From: a virus
Taxonomy: Duplodnaviria > Caudoviricetes
Length of the DNA: 40,666 nt
IMG/VR virus record: IMGVR_UViG_3300005261_000054
Coordinates: 1-40,666 of that record
Strand: one strand, 5' to 3'
The translations under genes and the position numbers were made by a program. The notes beneath the pieces were generated by a model that saw only the letters and a program-made list of their open reading frames with translations, was not told the origin of the DNA and did not search any database. Positions 9,426-18,710 of this stretch are shown here, piece by piece; within the stretch, counting starts at the first letter, position 1; every line of letters starts with the position of its first letter.

Positions 9426-10244
9426 ATGATTCAGATCAAGGTGGATACTAAACAAGTAACAGCGATGCTGGGAGGGGTCGCAAGGCAGATGCCCTTTGCG
9501 ATAAGCCTGGGGTTGAATCTGACCGGGCAGGCGGTGAAAGACGCCGAGATTGCGGAGATGAAGCGCTGCTTTGACAGGCCCAGCCCATTCACGCTGAGCA
9601 GCCTCCAACTCACGCCCAGCAAGAAGAACAGGCTGGCTGCAAGCGTGTGGTTCAAGGATCCACCAAAGCTCGGCCAGAAGGCTCATTACCTGTTGCCGCA
9701 AGTAGATGGCGGCAGGCGTCCTTTGAAGCCATGGGAGGTCAACATGGGCAAGCACTACATCATGCCCGGCAAGTACACGCAACTCGACCAGTACGGCAAC
9801 CTGGGACGCGGTCAGATCACAAAGCTGCGGTCATTGTATGGCAAGGCGGATATTGCAGGGTTTGATTCTACTACCAAGGCCAAGGGCAAACGATCTCAGT
9901 ATTTCCTCATCAAACAGACCAAGGGCAGGCTGCTGGCTGGTATCTATGAGCGAGTGCAGGGTGCAGGGGCAGCGGGAAGGATCGGGCGTTACATGCTGGC
10001 TCGCAGCTTGGCAAAGAAGAATGGAGTGAAGTTGAAGGATCTGAATTCTCGAACAAAGGCGCTCTATGCCAGGGGCATCAGGCCTGTGGTTATCTTTACT
10101 GAGCAGGCACCGAGCTATCGGCAGCGCTTCGACTTCTATGGCATTGCACAACGCACCATCGACAAAGTGCTCATGTCTAATATGCGCACTGCGGTTGAGC
10201 AGGCTCTGAAGACGGCGCGTGCCCATCAACCAGGATTGTTCTGA
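9426..10244 (+). CDS. Basic phage morphogenesis protein (gpZ / tail-completion-like)
   Basis: RQMPFAISLGLN...FDRPSPFTL motif and RFDFYG C-terminus, as I recall from genes next to cos/terminase in lambda-like prophages. Confidence 0.55.
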   Translation: MIQIKVDTKQVTAMLGGVARQMPFAISLGLNLTGQAVKDAEIAEMKRCFDRPSPFTLSSLQLTPSKKNRLAASVWFKDPPKLGQKAHYLLPQVDGGRRPLKPWEVNMGKHYIMPGKYTQLDQYGNLGRGQITKLRSLYGKADIAGFDSTTKAKGKRSQYFLIKQTKGRLLAGIYERVQGAGAAGRIGRYMLARSLAKKNGVKLKDLNSRTKALYARGIRPVVIFTEQAPSYRQRFDFYGIAQRTIDKVLMSNMRTAVEQALKTARAHQPGLF

Positions 10245-10357
10245 TGCCCCCGTCCCCCGAGTATGGGGATAGGCGTAGCAAACCAGGTAATCATACCTGA
10301 GACAACGATAAGTAGCCCAAAAACATCAAGTCCGGGCCGCCATGATTTTGACGTCGC

Positions 10358-10400
10358 GGGTCCTTCCTGCGGCTACTGAGACGAGGGTAATTCGACCCTC
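10358..10400 (+). other. Putative cos packaging site (cosQ + cosN-like dyad)
   Basis: GGGTCCT (lambda cosQ sequence) at 10358-10364, then dyad GAGGGT-AATTCG-ACCCTC at 10383-10400. Confidence 0.65.
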
Positions 10401-10463
10401 TGTATAAAACTCCATATAGTTTTCGGCTTAGCACTGTAATAATGTAATTTACGAGGTTTATCA

Positions 10464-10862
10464 ATGGGTTGCAATAATTTGCCAGTCTTTGACACATCAA
10501 GCCTCGGCAGCCAAATAGTCAGAGCATTCGGCATCGGTCATTTCGATGAAACCGTATGCCGCCGTACTTTGCTTCAACTGCTGCGCCCTGCCCCAATCTG
10601 CCCCGGCTGTAAGCGCTCCCTCAGCACATCAGAAGTCGAGAAAATGCTGGACGACAAGGATATCCGTTGTGACTGCGGCCGCAAGAGTTCCCCGCGATCC
10701 GGCACTGCACTCGAAGGCGTCCACGCCGAATACCGCACCATACTCCTGATCGCCTGCATGTCCTTCTGGGGCATTACTATCAAAGAAACAGCCTCACGCA
10801 CCGGTGTATCCGTTGACACCGTGCGCCGGGTAATCGAGCGGCTCAAAGTGCCGCATAATTAA
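10464..10862 (+). CDS. Zinc-ribbon + HTH protein
   Basis: CPGC...CDCGRKSSPRSGT; C-terminal TIKETASRTGVSVDTVRR HTH. Confidence 0.7.
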   Translation: MGCNNLPVFDTSSLGSQIVRAFGIGHFDETVCRRTLLQLLRPAPICPGCKRSLSTSEVEKMLDDKDIRCDCGRKSSPRSGTALEGVHAEYRTILLIACMSFWGITIKETASRTGVSVDTVRRVIERLKVPHN

Positions 10863-10873
10863 GGACCTGAAGC

Positions 10874-13273
10874 GTGCCTGATTACCACCTTGCCAACTAC
10901 GATGATGTGCTCGACCAGATGCGCGACTATGGCCTGCTCGTAGAGCACCTCGAAGTAGACACAGCCCGACCAAAACGCTGCAAAGTGGCTGACGACCAAT
11001 CCCGAGAACAGCGCGGCTGGTACTGGCTTTCCACGTTCCTGATCGACTCCGAGACCTTCATCGTCGGAGCCTACGGCATCTATCGCGGCAACGACAGCGG
11101 CAAGCAGACCGTCAAGCTTCCGAAAGAGAAACGGGAACGCCTGACCACCGAGCAGATCGAGGCCCAGAAAGCGCGACACCGGGAGGCGCAGAAACGCGCC
11201 GAGCAGGAACGCCAGCGGGAAGCCGACCGAGCCGCCGACCGGGCAAAAAAAGCCTGGGCACAATGCTCTCCGGAGGGAGATAGCGAATACCTGACGCGCA
11301 AACAGGTCGGGGCCCATGGCGTGCGTTTCAGCGCTCAAAGCTCAGTCGTCATACCCATGGTTGACGAGCGCGACATGATCCGCGGCCTGCAATTCATTCT
11401 CCCCAGGGGACATGAACGGATAGCAAAAACCGGCAGAGACAAGGAATTCTGGCCAAAGGGCTTGCAGACCAGGGGGACATTCCACCTGATCGGACCACCC
11501 CCTCGCGACATCCTGCTCATCGCCGAAGGATACGCCACCGGCGCCAGCCTGCACGAAGCCACCGGCTACCCGGTAGCCGTGGTCTGGTCCGCCAACAACA
11601 TCCTGCCCGCCTGCCTGGCGCTCAAAAGCAAACTGCGCCGGGTACGGTTTCTCATCTGCGCCGATGACGACTGGCTGCAAAAATGCGACGCCTGCAAACT
11701 CTACACTCCGGTTGCCTCCCCCGATTGCCAACACTGCGGGCAGCCGCACCGGAAGAGCAACGCCGGAATCATCAGCGCCCAGGCCGCGGCCATCGCCATT
11801 AACGGAGCCTGGATCTGCCCCGAGTTCTCCTCTCCCCGGCCAGGCGATAAGAAAGGCCCGACCGACTTCAACGATCTGCACGTTCTGGAATCCCTCGATA
11901 CAGTAACCCGGCAGATCGAAGCAAAGATTGACCACCTGGACTGGCGGGACACAACGTCCCGGCCGACCATAACCGAGGGGGCGGGGGAAGCGAGAAGCGC
12001 CCTCAAGTCAATGCTCACCATCGACGAAGCGGTTGAACGCTTCTCCATGGTCTATGGCGGCAAAGGGACCATGTTCGACCATCAGGAACACATCCTGGTG
12101 CCGAAGGCGGACGTGCTTGACATCCTCCCGGAGCACGGCTGGCGCGACATGCGGGCGCACAAGAAAGTAGTCCGGCTGGATGAGGTCGGATTCGACCCCT
12201 CCGGCGCCGACAAGCGAGTGCGCTGCAACCTGTGGGGCGGCTGGCCTACAAAACCGAAGAAGGGAAAATGTGACTGTCTTCTTGAACTACTACACTACCT
12301 CTGCAGCAACGAAGAACATTCGGACAATATCTTTCGCTGGGTACTCAACTGGATCGCCTATCCCATCCAGCACCCCGGCGCCAAGATGAGCAGTGCGCTG
12401 ATCTTCCACGGACCGCAGGGCACCGGAAAAAACCTTTTCTTCGAAGCCATCATGGCCATCTACGGCGAATACGGCCGGATCGTCGACCAGGCCGCCATTG
12501 AAGACAAGTTCAACGACTGGGCCAGCAAGAAACTGTTTCTCATCGCCGACGAAGTGGTAGCCCGCTCCGAGCTGTTCCATATCAAGAACAAGCTCAAATG
12601 TTTCGTCACCGGAGAATGGATCAGGATCAACCCGAAAAACGTTGCCGCCCACGATGAGCGCAACCACGTCAACCTGGTGTTTCTCTCCAACGAAACCCAG
12701 CCACTGGTGCTGGAAAAAGACGACCGGCGATACGTGGTGATTCACACCCCGGAAAAACTGGACGAACAATTCTATCTCCAGGTGTGCGACGAAATAAATG
12801 CCGGAGGAGTTGCCGCGCTCCACCAGTATCTTCTCGATCTTGACCTGTCGGGATTCAGCCCGCACGCCAAACCGCCCATGACCCGAGCCAAAACCGACCT
12901 GATCGAGGTCAGCATGGACAGTGTTTCCAGCTTTATTCGCGACTGGCAGCAGGGAGACATCCCGGACATTCCGTTCTGTCCCTGCCTCGGCACACAGCTT
13001 TACACCATTTACCGGCGGCATTGCGACAAAACCGGGGAGCGTTATCCCCGTATCCAGCGGCAATTCATCGGTGACCTGAAGATGATACCCGGCTGGCGCC
13101 ACGGCCCCGTGACCACCCTGGATTTCACCGGCAGCCGCATCACGCGCAAAATGGTACTCCCTCCGGATGACCTGCTTGCTCCGGGCTATGCCAGAAATCC
13201 GAACCAGACACAGGAACAATGGCTGACCGAATGCTTTGACGCCTTCTCTAAGGCTGGAGAATTTACAAAATGA
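10874..13273 (+). CDS. Toprim primase fused to SF3 (D5 / P4-alpha-like) helicase
   Basis: IAEGYATG and ICADDD Toprim motifs, TDFND, Walker A GPQGTGKN, Walker B LIADE, DDRRY. Confidence 0.9.
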   Translation: MPDYHLANYDDVLDQMRDYGLLVEHLEVDTARPKRCKVADDQSREQRGWYWLSTFLIDSETFIVGAYGIYRGNDSGKQTVKLPKEKRERLTTEQIEAQKARHREAQKRAEQERQREADRAADRAKKAWAQCSPEGDSEYLTRKQVGAHGVRFSAQSSVVIPMVDERDMIRGLQFILPRGHERIAKTGRDKEFWPKGLQTRGTFHLIGPPPRDILLIAEGYATGASLHEATGYPVAVVWSANNILPACLALKSKLRRVRFLICADDDWLQKCDACKLYTPVASPDCQHCGQPHRKSNAGIISAQAAAIAINGAWICPEFSSPRPGDKKGPTDFNDLHVLESLDTVTRQIEAKIDHLDWRDTTSRPTITEGAGEARSALKSMLTIDEAVERFSMVYGGKGTMFDHQEHILVPKADVLDILPEHGWRDMRAHKKVVRLDEVGFDPSGADKRVRCNLWGGWPTKPKKGKCDCLLELLHYLCSNEEHSDNIFRWVLNWIAYPIQHPGAKMSSALIFHGPQGTGKNLFFEAIMAIYGEYGRIVDQAAIEDKFNDWASKKLFLIADEVVARSELFHIKNKLKCFVTGEWIRINPKNVAAHDERNHVNLVFLSNETQPLVLEKDDRRYVVIHTPEKLDEQFYLQVCDEINAGGVAALHQYLLDLDLSGFSPHAKPPMTRAKTDLIEVSMDSVSSFIRDWQQGDIPDIPFCPCLGTQLYTIYRRHCDKTGERYPRIQRQFIGDLKMIPGWRHGPVTTLDFTGSRITRKMVLPPDDLLAPGYARNPNQTQEQWLTECFDAFSKAGEFTK

Positions 13274-13531
13274 TTACGGTTATTACGCCATGATTACGCT
13301 TTTGATTACGGGTCAACCCATTGAAAACACGAGATTCTTACGCTTATTACGCTTTTACGTGCGCGCGCATACGCGCGAAGCGAAACAAAAACACACAACA
13401 AAAATACTCCTCACGCGCGTATAGACATAGCCGTAATAAGCGTAATAACCGTAATAAAGTAATAATTACAGCACATTACAAATTCAAAAAGCGTAATCAA
13501 AAACGTAATCAACCCACTGGAAGCGTAATAA
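13271..13531. repeat. Putative replication origin with oppositely oriented (A)TTACG / CGTAAT iterons
   Basis: Seven TTACG copies (13273-13360) and six CGTAAT copies (13432-13530) around an A-rich core with CGCGCG elements, directly after the primase. Confidence 0.7.
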
Positions 13532-14053
13532 ATGGAGCTGACCATGCCGGTAATGGATCTGATCAAGAAAAACAGGAACTATCGGGAGATATCTCCCGGA
13601 GAATTCGCCGGTCCCTGCCCCACGTGCGGGGGCGCCCTGCGGCTCAGGATCTGGCCGGATCAGGACCGGTTCAGGTGTAACCATTGCGCACTTGAAGGCA
13701 ATACCACAGACCTCTGCAACGTACTCGCGCCACAGTCGCCAACAGCCACTTCTGCCCAGGTGTCCCCGGCACCTGATCCCCATTCCCCGGTACCCGTCCC
13801 CGGCTTCTGTTGCCGAATCACCACCCCTGACAACCTTGACTACTGGGTCACCGACAAACGTGAGGAGTGGGAACGTCTTTCGGGTGAAGGCGCAATCGTC
13901 TTCTCGGCCGGTGAAATACAGCGGATCAGCCGGATGGTGAACCTGGCCGGAGACCGGGCGGGAAAAGTGGCGGAAATGCATCTGGCTGCAAAACGGATAT
14001 TTCCGGGAACATACGTGAGCACCGTGGAAGATTTGAGATCAACGAAAGGATAA
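13532..14053 (+). CDS. Protein with N-terminal primase-type zinc-binding domain
   Basis: EFAGPCPTCGG..RLRIWP....FRCNHC. Confidence 0.75.
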   Translation: MELTMPVMDLIKKNRNYREISPGEFAGPCPTCGGALRLRIWPDQDRFRCNHCALEGNTTDLCNVLAPQSPTATSAQVSPAPDPHSPVPVPGFCCRITTPDNLDYWVTDKREEWERLSGEGAIVFSAGEIQRISRMVNLAGDRAGKVAEMHLAAKRIFPGTYVSTVEDLRSTKG

Positions 14054-14056
14054 AAA

Positions 14057-14299
14057 ATGGCAACTGCAACCTGGCTCCTCACGGCCCTCTCCCTGATCGG
14101 CGTAATCCTCAACACCCATCAGGACCGGCGCTGCTTCTACATCTGGATCGTGACCAACACATCCTGGGCGGCGGTCGATTTTTACAAGGGGATTTACGCT
14201 CAGGCAACCATGTTCCTGCTCTATCTGGCGCTCTCCATCTGGGGATTGTTCAAATGGGGCAAAGGGAAACCTTCTTTAACCCAAAACAGTGAACCCTGA
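14057..14299 (+). CDS. Small PnuC-like (nicotinamide riboside transporter-related) membrane protein
   Basis: Three TM segments, CFYIWIVTN and YLALSIWGLFKW motifs; AAGGA RBS. Confidence 0.65.
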   Translation: MATATWLLTALSLIGVILNTHQDRRCFYIWIVTNTSWAAVDFYKGIYAQATMFLLYLALSIWGLFKWGKGKPSLTQNSEP

Positions 14300-15053
14300 A
14301 CCACAAACCATGACCGAACGCTATCAAAAACTTCTCGAAACCGTTTCCGAACCTGACAAGGCCGAACTCACCCTGGCCGACAATGGCCGGACACAGGCCA
14401 TGAAAGCCTACCAGGACAAGCCCGGCAAGGCCAGCAAGGATGATTACGATGCCGCGCGGACCATGCTCGAGGAAACCGTCGACCGTCTGTATGCCCGGTA
14501 TTTCCCCCAGGAAGCACCGACCCCGGAAAACGACCGTTTCAAGAACCGCATCCAGGCGCTGAACTGGCTGCAGGCCCAGGGGTACAAGGTCAGCCAGGGC
14601 AAGTTCTACGGCGACTGCAAGGACGGTTTCCCCACCATTCATAAAGACGGGACCCTCAGCCGTTTTCAGGTCATGCAGTACGGCCAGCAGCTTGATATCG
14701 AAAAGCGCTCCAACCCGGTGGACTCTCTGGAGCGGGAGCGTGACGAAGCCCGCAAGGTCAAGGCCGAGATGCAGGCCGATGAAATGCGGCGCGAACTTGA
14801 TAAGAAATGGATTCTGCGCGAAGACGCCGATTCCCACGAAGCTGCTCTCATGGGCATCTTGAAAGAGACCTTCCGCCACCGGGTCTATCTCGATCACTCC
14901 CACCTGATCCTTACTGCCGGAGGAGATCCAAACCGGGACAGTGAATTTGCCCTGGCTCTGCAGGGTTTCGTCGATGCAGCATTCAACGATGTGGCGGATG
15001 GAAAACGGTTTGAGGTGGAATTCGAGGAAGGTGATTTCGAGGACGAGGAATAA
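14289..15053 (+). CDS. Probable terminase small subunit
   Basis: Directly upstream of terL; wHTH-like segment then coiled coil ERERDEARKVKAEMQADEMRRE. Confidence 0.55.
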   Translation: MNPEPQTMTERYQKLLETVSEPDKAELTLADNGRTQAMKAYQDKPGKASKDDYDAARTMLEETVDRLYARYFPQEAPTPENDRFKNRIQALNWLQAQGYKVSQGKFYGDCKDGFPTIHKDGTLSRFQVMQYGQQLDIEKRSNPVDSLERERDEARKVKAEMQADEMRRELDKKWILREDADSHEAALMGILKETFRHRVYLDHSHLILTAGGDPNRDSEFALALQGFVDAAFNDVADGKRFEVEFEEGDFEDEE

Positions 15054-15056
15054 ACC

Positions 15057-16970
15057 ATGAACCTTTTACCGGACAGAAAACTTTCGCTTCCCTCCTGGCT
15101 GCCTGAGCACCGCCGCCGGTCTCTCTCCGGGCAACGCGTCACTGTCACCATCAGCAAAAGCGTCCGCGCACGGCTTTTGACCAAGGAACGCATTCCGCCC
15201 AGCGAATGGAGCGAGAAATACCGCGTCATGGGCAGCGCCGAAAGCTTTGCCGGTCACTGGCGGCGCGATATCGCCCCCCATGCCGTCAAGGTCATGGACC
15301 TGTGGGCGCTCCCCTGGGTGCGTGAACTCTGGTTCTGCGGCCCGGACCAGGCCAGCAAGACCAACTGCATGCTCTCCTGCCTCGGCTGGAGCATTGACCG
15401 AGACCCCGGCAACATCTTCTACACCGCCAGCGGCGAGGACCCGACGAAAAAGATCCTTTCCGAAAAGCTGATCCCCATGCTGCGCAACTCCCCGGTGCTC
15501 GCCCGGCGGCTTTCGCCCAAGGCTGACCACACCGGCCTGGGCATGATCCGCCTTACCCACGGCGTCAACATCTATCCCGCCTGGGCCAACTCCGCGGCAG
15601 CCACGGCCACTTTCTCGGCCAAATACACGTTTAACGATGAGGTGGACAAGTGGTCCATGGTCGGCGCCGAAACCGATCCGATTAAGCGTATCCGCAAGCG
15701 CGCGAAAAACTTTCCCCTTACCCACAAGCATTTCTTTGCCAGCACTCCGGCCGGGAAATACATCTACAGGGAAATGACGGCCTGCCGTCAGGTGTGGGAA
15801 TACGCCGGTCGCTGTCCCGACTGCGATGAGCTGGTTGTCATGGATGAAGAGCATTTCACCCTCCCGACAGACGCCACCCGCGAGAGCATTGAGGCCGATC
15901 CCGCGGCCATCGAATACGCCTGCAACCACTGCGGTTCCCTCTGGGACGAAACCAAACGCCTCGCCGCCTACCGCACCGGCGACTGGCTCTGCGTCAAAGG
16001 CGCCGATGTTGCCCGTCCCTCCAAAGTCGGCGTGCATCTTTCCGGTTTTATTACCCCGGACATGAAGATGGCCGATATCGCCATCACCATTGTCGCTGCA
16101 CGGGCTGGCGACCTTGCGGCCAGGCGTGACCTGGCGCATGGGGTTAAGGCAGTGGACTACGAGGAAGAAACACAACCGATAGTTTCCGCAGAGGGCATTT
16201 TGCGCTTTCGCTCCGAACTTCCGCGCAATCTGGTGCCTCCTGACGCCGCCCGACTGGTTCTTCTGGCCGATACCCAACAGGATAGCTTTTACTATCAGGT
16301 TTGGGCCATGGGATATGCACCTGAGATTTCAATGCACATGGTCCGGCATGGTCAGGTCAAATCGTTTGCCGATCTCGAGGGGCTGCTTACGGTGGACTGG
16401 AAAGATCATGACGGCCGCGTTTACCGCATTGCCTCCGGACTCATAGACTCCGGCGGTACCCGTCGCGGCTGGCAGAAACACAGCCGTACTGTCGAAGTTT
16501 ACCAGTGGTGCAGTGGTCATCGCGTTATGATGCCGATCAAAGGCATGCCCGGTCGTAACGGAGAAATGATCGGGTACAAAACCATCGCAACCTATCCCGG
16601 CACCAACAAGGCTATCCCCGGTGGTCTCACCCGCGCAAACCTGCGTGTAGATTTTTTCAAGGATGAACTGGAGCGGATCCTTGGCATTGAGCCTGACGAC
16701 CCGGGCGCGCTTTCGTTTCATTGCGATATCGAGGAGACCTTTGCCAAGCACTACACCACGGAAACCAAAGATGCCGTTGGAGAATGGACGCACAATAAAA
16801 GCAAGGGCCGGAATGACTACTTTGACTGCACCGTGTATGCCCTGGCCCTGCGGGAGATGGTGAAACTATCCCCATCCATGCGCCGTCCGGCCCGTAATGG
16901 AACAACCGGTAAAACGCAAACCAATATCAAGCCATCCACTTTGCCGAACTGGTTTAGAAACAGGAGATAA
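15057..16970 (+). CDS. terL: Terminase large subunit, GpA family
   Basis: PSEWSEKYR, DQASKT, FNDEVDK, ASTP, CPDC/CNHC, ADTQ, IDSGG, RNDYFDCTVYA. Confidence 0.93.
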   Translation: MNLLPDRKLSLPSWLPEHRRRSLSGQRVTVTISKSVRARLLTKERIPPSEWSEKYRVMGSAESFAGHWRRDIAPHAVKVMDLWALPWVRELWFCGPDQASKTNCMLSCLGWSIDRDPGNIFYTASGEDPTKKILSEKLIPMLRNSPVLARRLSPKADHTGLGMIRLTHGVNIYPAWANSAAATATFSAKYTFNDEVDKWSMVGAETDPIKRIRKRAKNFPLTHKHFFASTPAGKYIYREMTACRQVWEYAGRCPDCDELVVMDEEHFTLPTDATRESIEADPAAIEYACNHCGSLWDETKRLAAYRTGDWLCVKGADVARPSKVGVHLSGFITPDMKMADIAITIVAARAGDLAARRDLAHGVKAVDYEEETQPIVSAEGILRFRSELPRNLVPPDAARLVLLADTQQDSFYYQVWAMGYAPEISMHMVRHGQVKSFADLEGLLTVDWKDHDGRVYRIASGLIDSGGTRRGWQKHSRTVEVYQWCSGHRVMMPIKGMPGRNGEMIGYKTIATYPGTNKAIPGGLTRANLRVDFFKDELERILGIEPDDPGALSFHCDIEETFAKHYTTETKDAVGEWTHNKSKGRNDYFDCTVYALALREMVKLSPSMRRPARNGTTGKTQTNIKPSTLPNWFRNRR

Positions 16971-16971
16971 G

Positions 16972-17181
16972 ATGAAACAAGAAACTACTGTCATTTATCG
17001 CAAACAAGACTTGATCACCATATCCGACGTTGCCCGGAGGTGGGGCGTTTCCAGGCAGAAGGTTTACAACATGATCGACGAAGGGAGGCTGAAGGCATTC
17101 CGGTTCGGTTTTTCCAATGCCCTGCATGTTCCACTCGACCAGGTGAGAAAGATGGAGAGAGGGGAGGTTTTTAAAGGGTGA
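16972..17181 (+). CDS. Excisionase-type (HTH_17) DNA-binding protein
   Basis: AGGAG RBS, ATG 16972; ITISDVARRWGVSRQKVYNMIDEGRLKA. Confidence 0.85.
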   Translation: MKQETTVIYRKQDLITISDVARRWGVSRQKVYNMIDEGRLKAFRFGFSNALHVPLDQVRKMERGEVFKG

Positions 17182-17334
17182 TCTATTTTGTTTCGTCAAG
17201 ATTCATAGGGCGTTCGAAGCTGCACTGACTCCCGAACGCGGACAAATCCGGGCAGGATCATCAAATGTGTGGGGCTCGCCTGACACCCTCCCATTCTTCC
17301 ACCTCTATGAAAATGTGCAGATTTTTCGAATTAT

Positions 17335-17634
17335 CTATTTACACAATAGGGCAAAAGTTGTGAAAATTGCTGCAAACAAGAACAATATTCCCACCTGAGT
17401 CCAATACAAATTTGGTCTTTTAATTTTATTTACTACTCCATAGCCTCTGATACCTATCTCGCCAGTCATCAATGCTCCACATATAATAGAAAATAAGACC
17501 ACAGAAAATGCCAAGAATGAGTCATACTTTGAAGGTAATTTATCAGACACAAGCACTAGCAACATATATCCCGATAAGGTTATTAGTGGAATTACATAAT
17601 CAAATAAATTAGACAAAAACCTTTTCTGCACCAT
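17335..17634 (-). CDS. Cassette gene: three-TM hypothetical membrane protein
   Basis: AGGAG RBS; hydrophobic segments. Confidence 0.75.
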   Translation of the reverse strand: MVQKRFLSNLFDYVIPLITLSGYMLLVLVSDKLPSKYDSFLAFSVVLFSIICGALMTGEIGIRGYGVVNKIKRPNLYWTQVGILFLFAAIFTTFALLCK

Positions 17635-17659
17635 AAGCTCCTAAGTTCTTCTTGTTTTC

Positions 17660-17732
17660 TTCCAACGGCTCTGCTGTTGACTCATCAGCCCAGATTTTTC
17701 CGGGCGGCTGGTGTTCAACTATCAGGTTAGAT
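17660..17732 (-). other. attC-like site (best preserved)
   Basis: Minus: ATCTAAC-CTGATA-GTTGAACACCAGCCGCCCGG-AAAAAT-CTGGGCTGATGAGTCAAC-AGCAGAGCC-GTTGGAA, starting 4 bp after a stop codon. Confidence 0.8.
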
Positions 17733-17736
17733 TCTT

Positions 17737-18375
17737 TTACTTGTTTTGAGTCTCTGCCACTTTTTCTACAGCAGAAGCTAGGCGATCTAGAGTTTCAAGC
17801 TGTTTTGAGAGTATTGAGTTTTGATTTTCAATTAGCTCTACACTTCGTCGTTGTGGTGAATCTTTTTTATTCATTTTTTTAATAAAGAAAATCCAAACGC
17901 CAATGAGTATAAGCAATGGCAACCAACTCACAAATGTTTCAAGCCATATTGATGTATTATTCTTAGAACTTGAAGAACAAGCTTCACGCTGTTCTGCTGT
18001 AACTACGCGAACAGAACTGGAAACGTAAGCTTCTTTTGATTTGGCAGCAACATCAAGTACTCTAAAGCTAACCTCTTGCGAAGGTGGGACAACCACGCCA
18101 TAAAGCGGTTGAGTGACGGTGTCTATTAATCTCTTTGCTTGATCAAAATATTTAACTTCCAGAACAAGTCTATCAATCCGCATATCTGATAAATTCTTGA
18201 TAGTGCCTATAGTTGATATATTGCCGTGGCCATCCTCTTTCGAGTAACTAAAGGTCGTGTCAGATATTTTTAGAATATTTCCAGGATTGTCTATGGTGTC
18301 CTGATCAGCATAGCCCTTCGAGATAATTGAAATTAAGAGCATCAACATTACAAATAAAACGGTTTTGATTTTCAT
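17737..18375 (-). CDS. Cassette gene: exported FxLYD-like Ig-fold protein with C-terminal TM and coiled coil
   Basis: GAGGAG RBS, ATG 18375; signal peptide; GTIKN...VKYFD...LIDT; TM SWLPLLILIGVWIFFIKKM. Confidence 0.75.
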   Translation of the reverse strand: MKIKTVLFVMLMLLISIISKGYADQDTIDNPGNILKISDTTFSYSKEDGHGNISTIGTIKNLSDMRIDRLVLEVKYFDQAKRLIDTVTQPLYGVVVPPSQEVSFRVLDVAAKSKEAYVSSSVRVVTAEQREACSSSSKNNTSIWLETFVSWLPLLILIGVWIFFIKKMNKKDSPQRRSVELIENQNSILSKQLETLDRLASAVEKVAETQNK

Positions 18376-18390
18376 AAATCTCCTCTTTTT

Positions 18391-18425
18391 GTACAACGGC
18401 TCGAAAATTGACCGACTGTGACCGG
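18391..18425 (-). other. Partial attC-like site (right arm only)
   Basis: Minus: GGTCAA-TTTTCGAGCC-GTTGTAC then RBS/ATG; left arm not recognisable. Confidence 0.55.
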
Positions 18426-18710
18426 TATTATTTTCTGGGAATCACACTTCAAAAAATTTCGTTTTCGTGCTGGCCCCTAAATTTCTTCTGTCTAAATTGA
18501 TGCGGCCAGTTTGACAAGCTGCGCCTTGTTTGCGCCCATCAGCCCAACTTTGATGCCTTTGCTCCTGATAACGGCGGTAGCTTTGGCGTTGAGATTTAGC
18601 AGCAGGATAATGTTGACAAATGGAATTAACATGCAAACAAAAAAAGCCCAATTGGCATGCAGCTTCAACTCATCCGCTAAGCAGTACACAAACACAAATT
18701 TTAAAAAAGC

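Noticed and set aside
13271-13531. CRISPR array, or the 119-aa ORF 13321-13680
   Set aside because: Repeats are 5-6 bp, irregularly spaced and switch orientation; the ORF is a low-complexity reading of these repeats
10859-16905. Long minus-strand ORFs such as 12290-13219 and 15066-16277
   Set aside because: Antisense to well-supported primase and terminase genes, with no motifs
17205-17300. A terminal attC site after the last cassette
   Set aside because: Some resemblance (TTTGATG...GAGTCA on the minus strand) but no AAC/GTT cores; too degenerate to call
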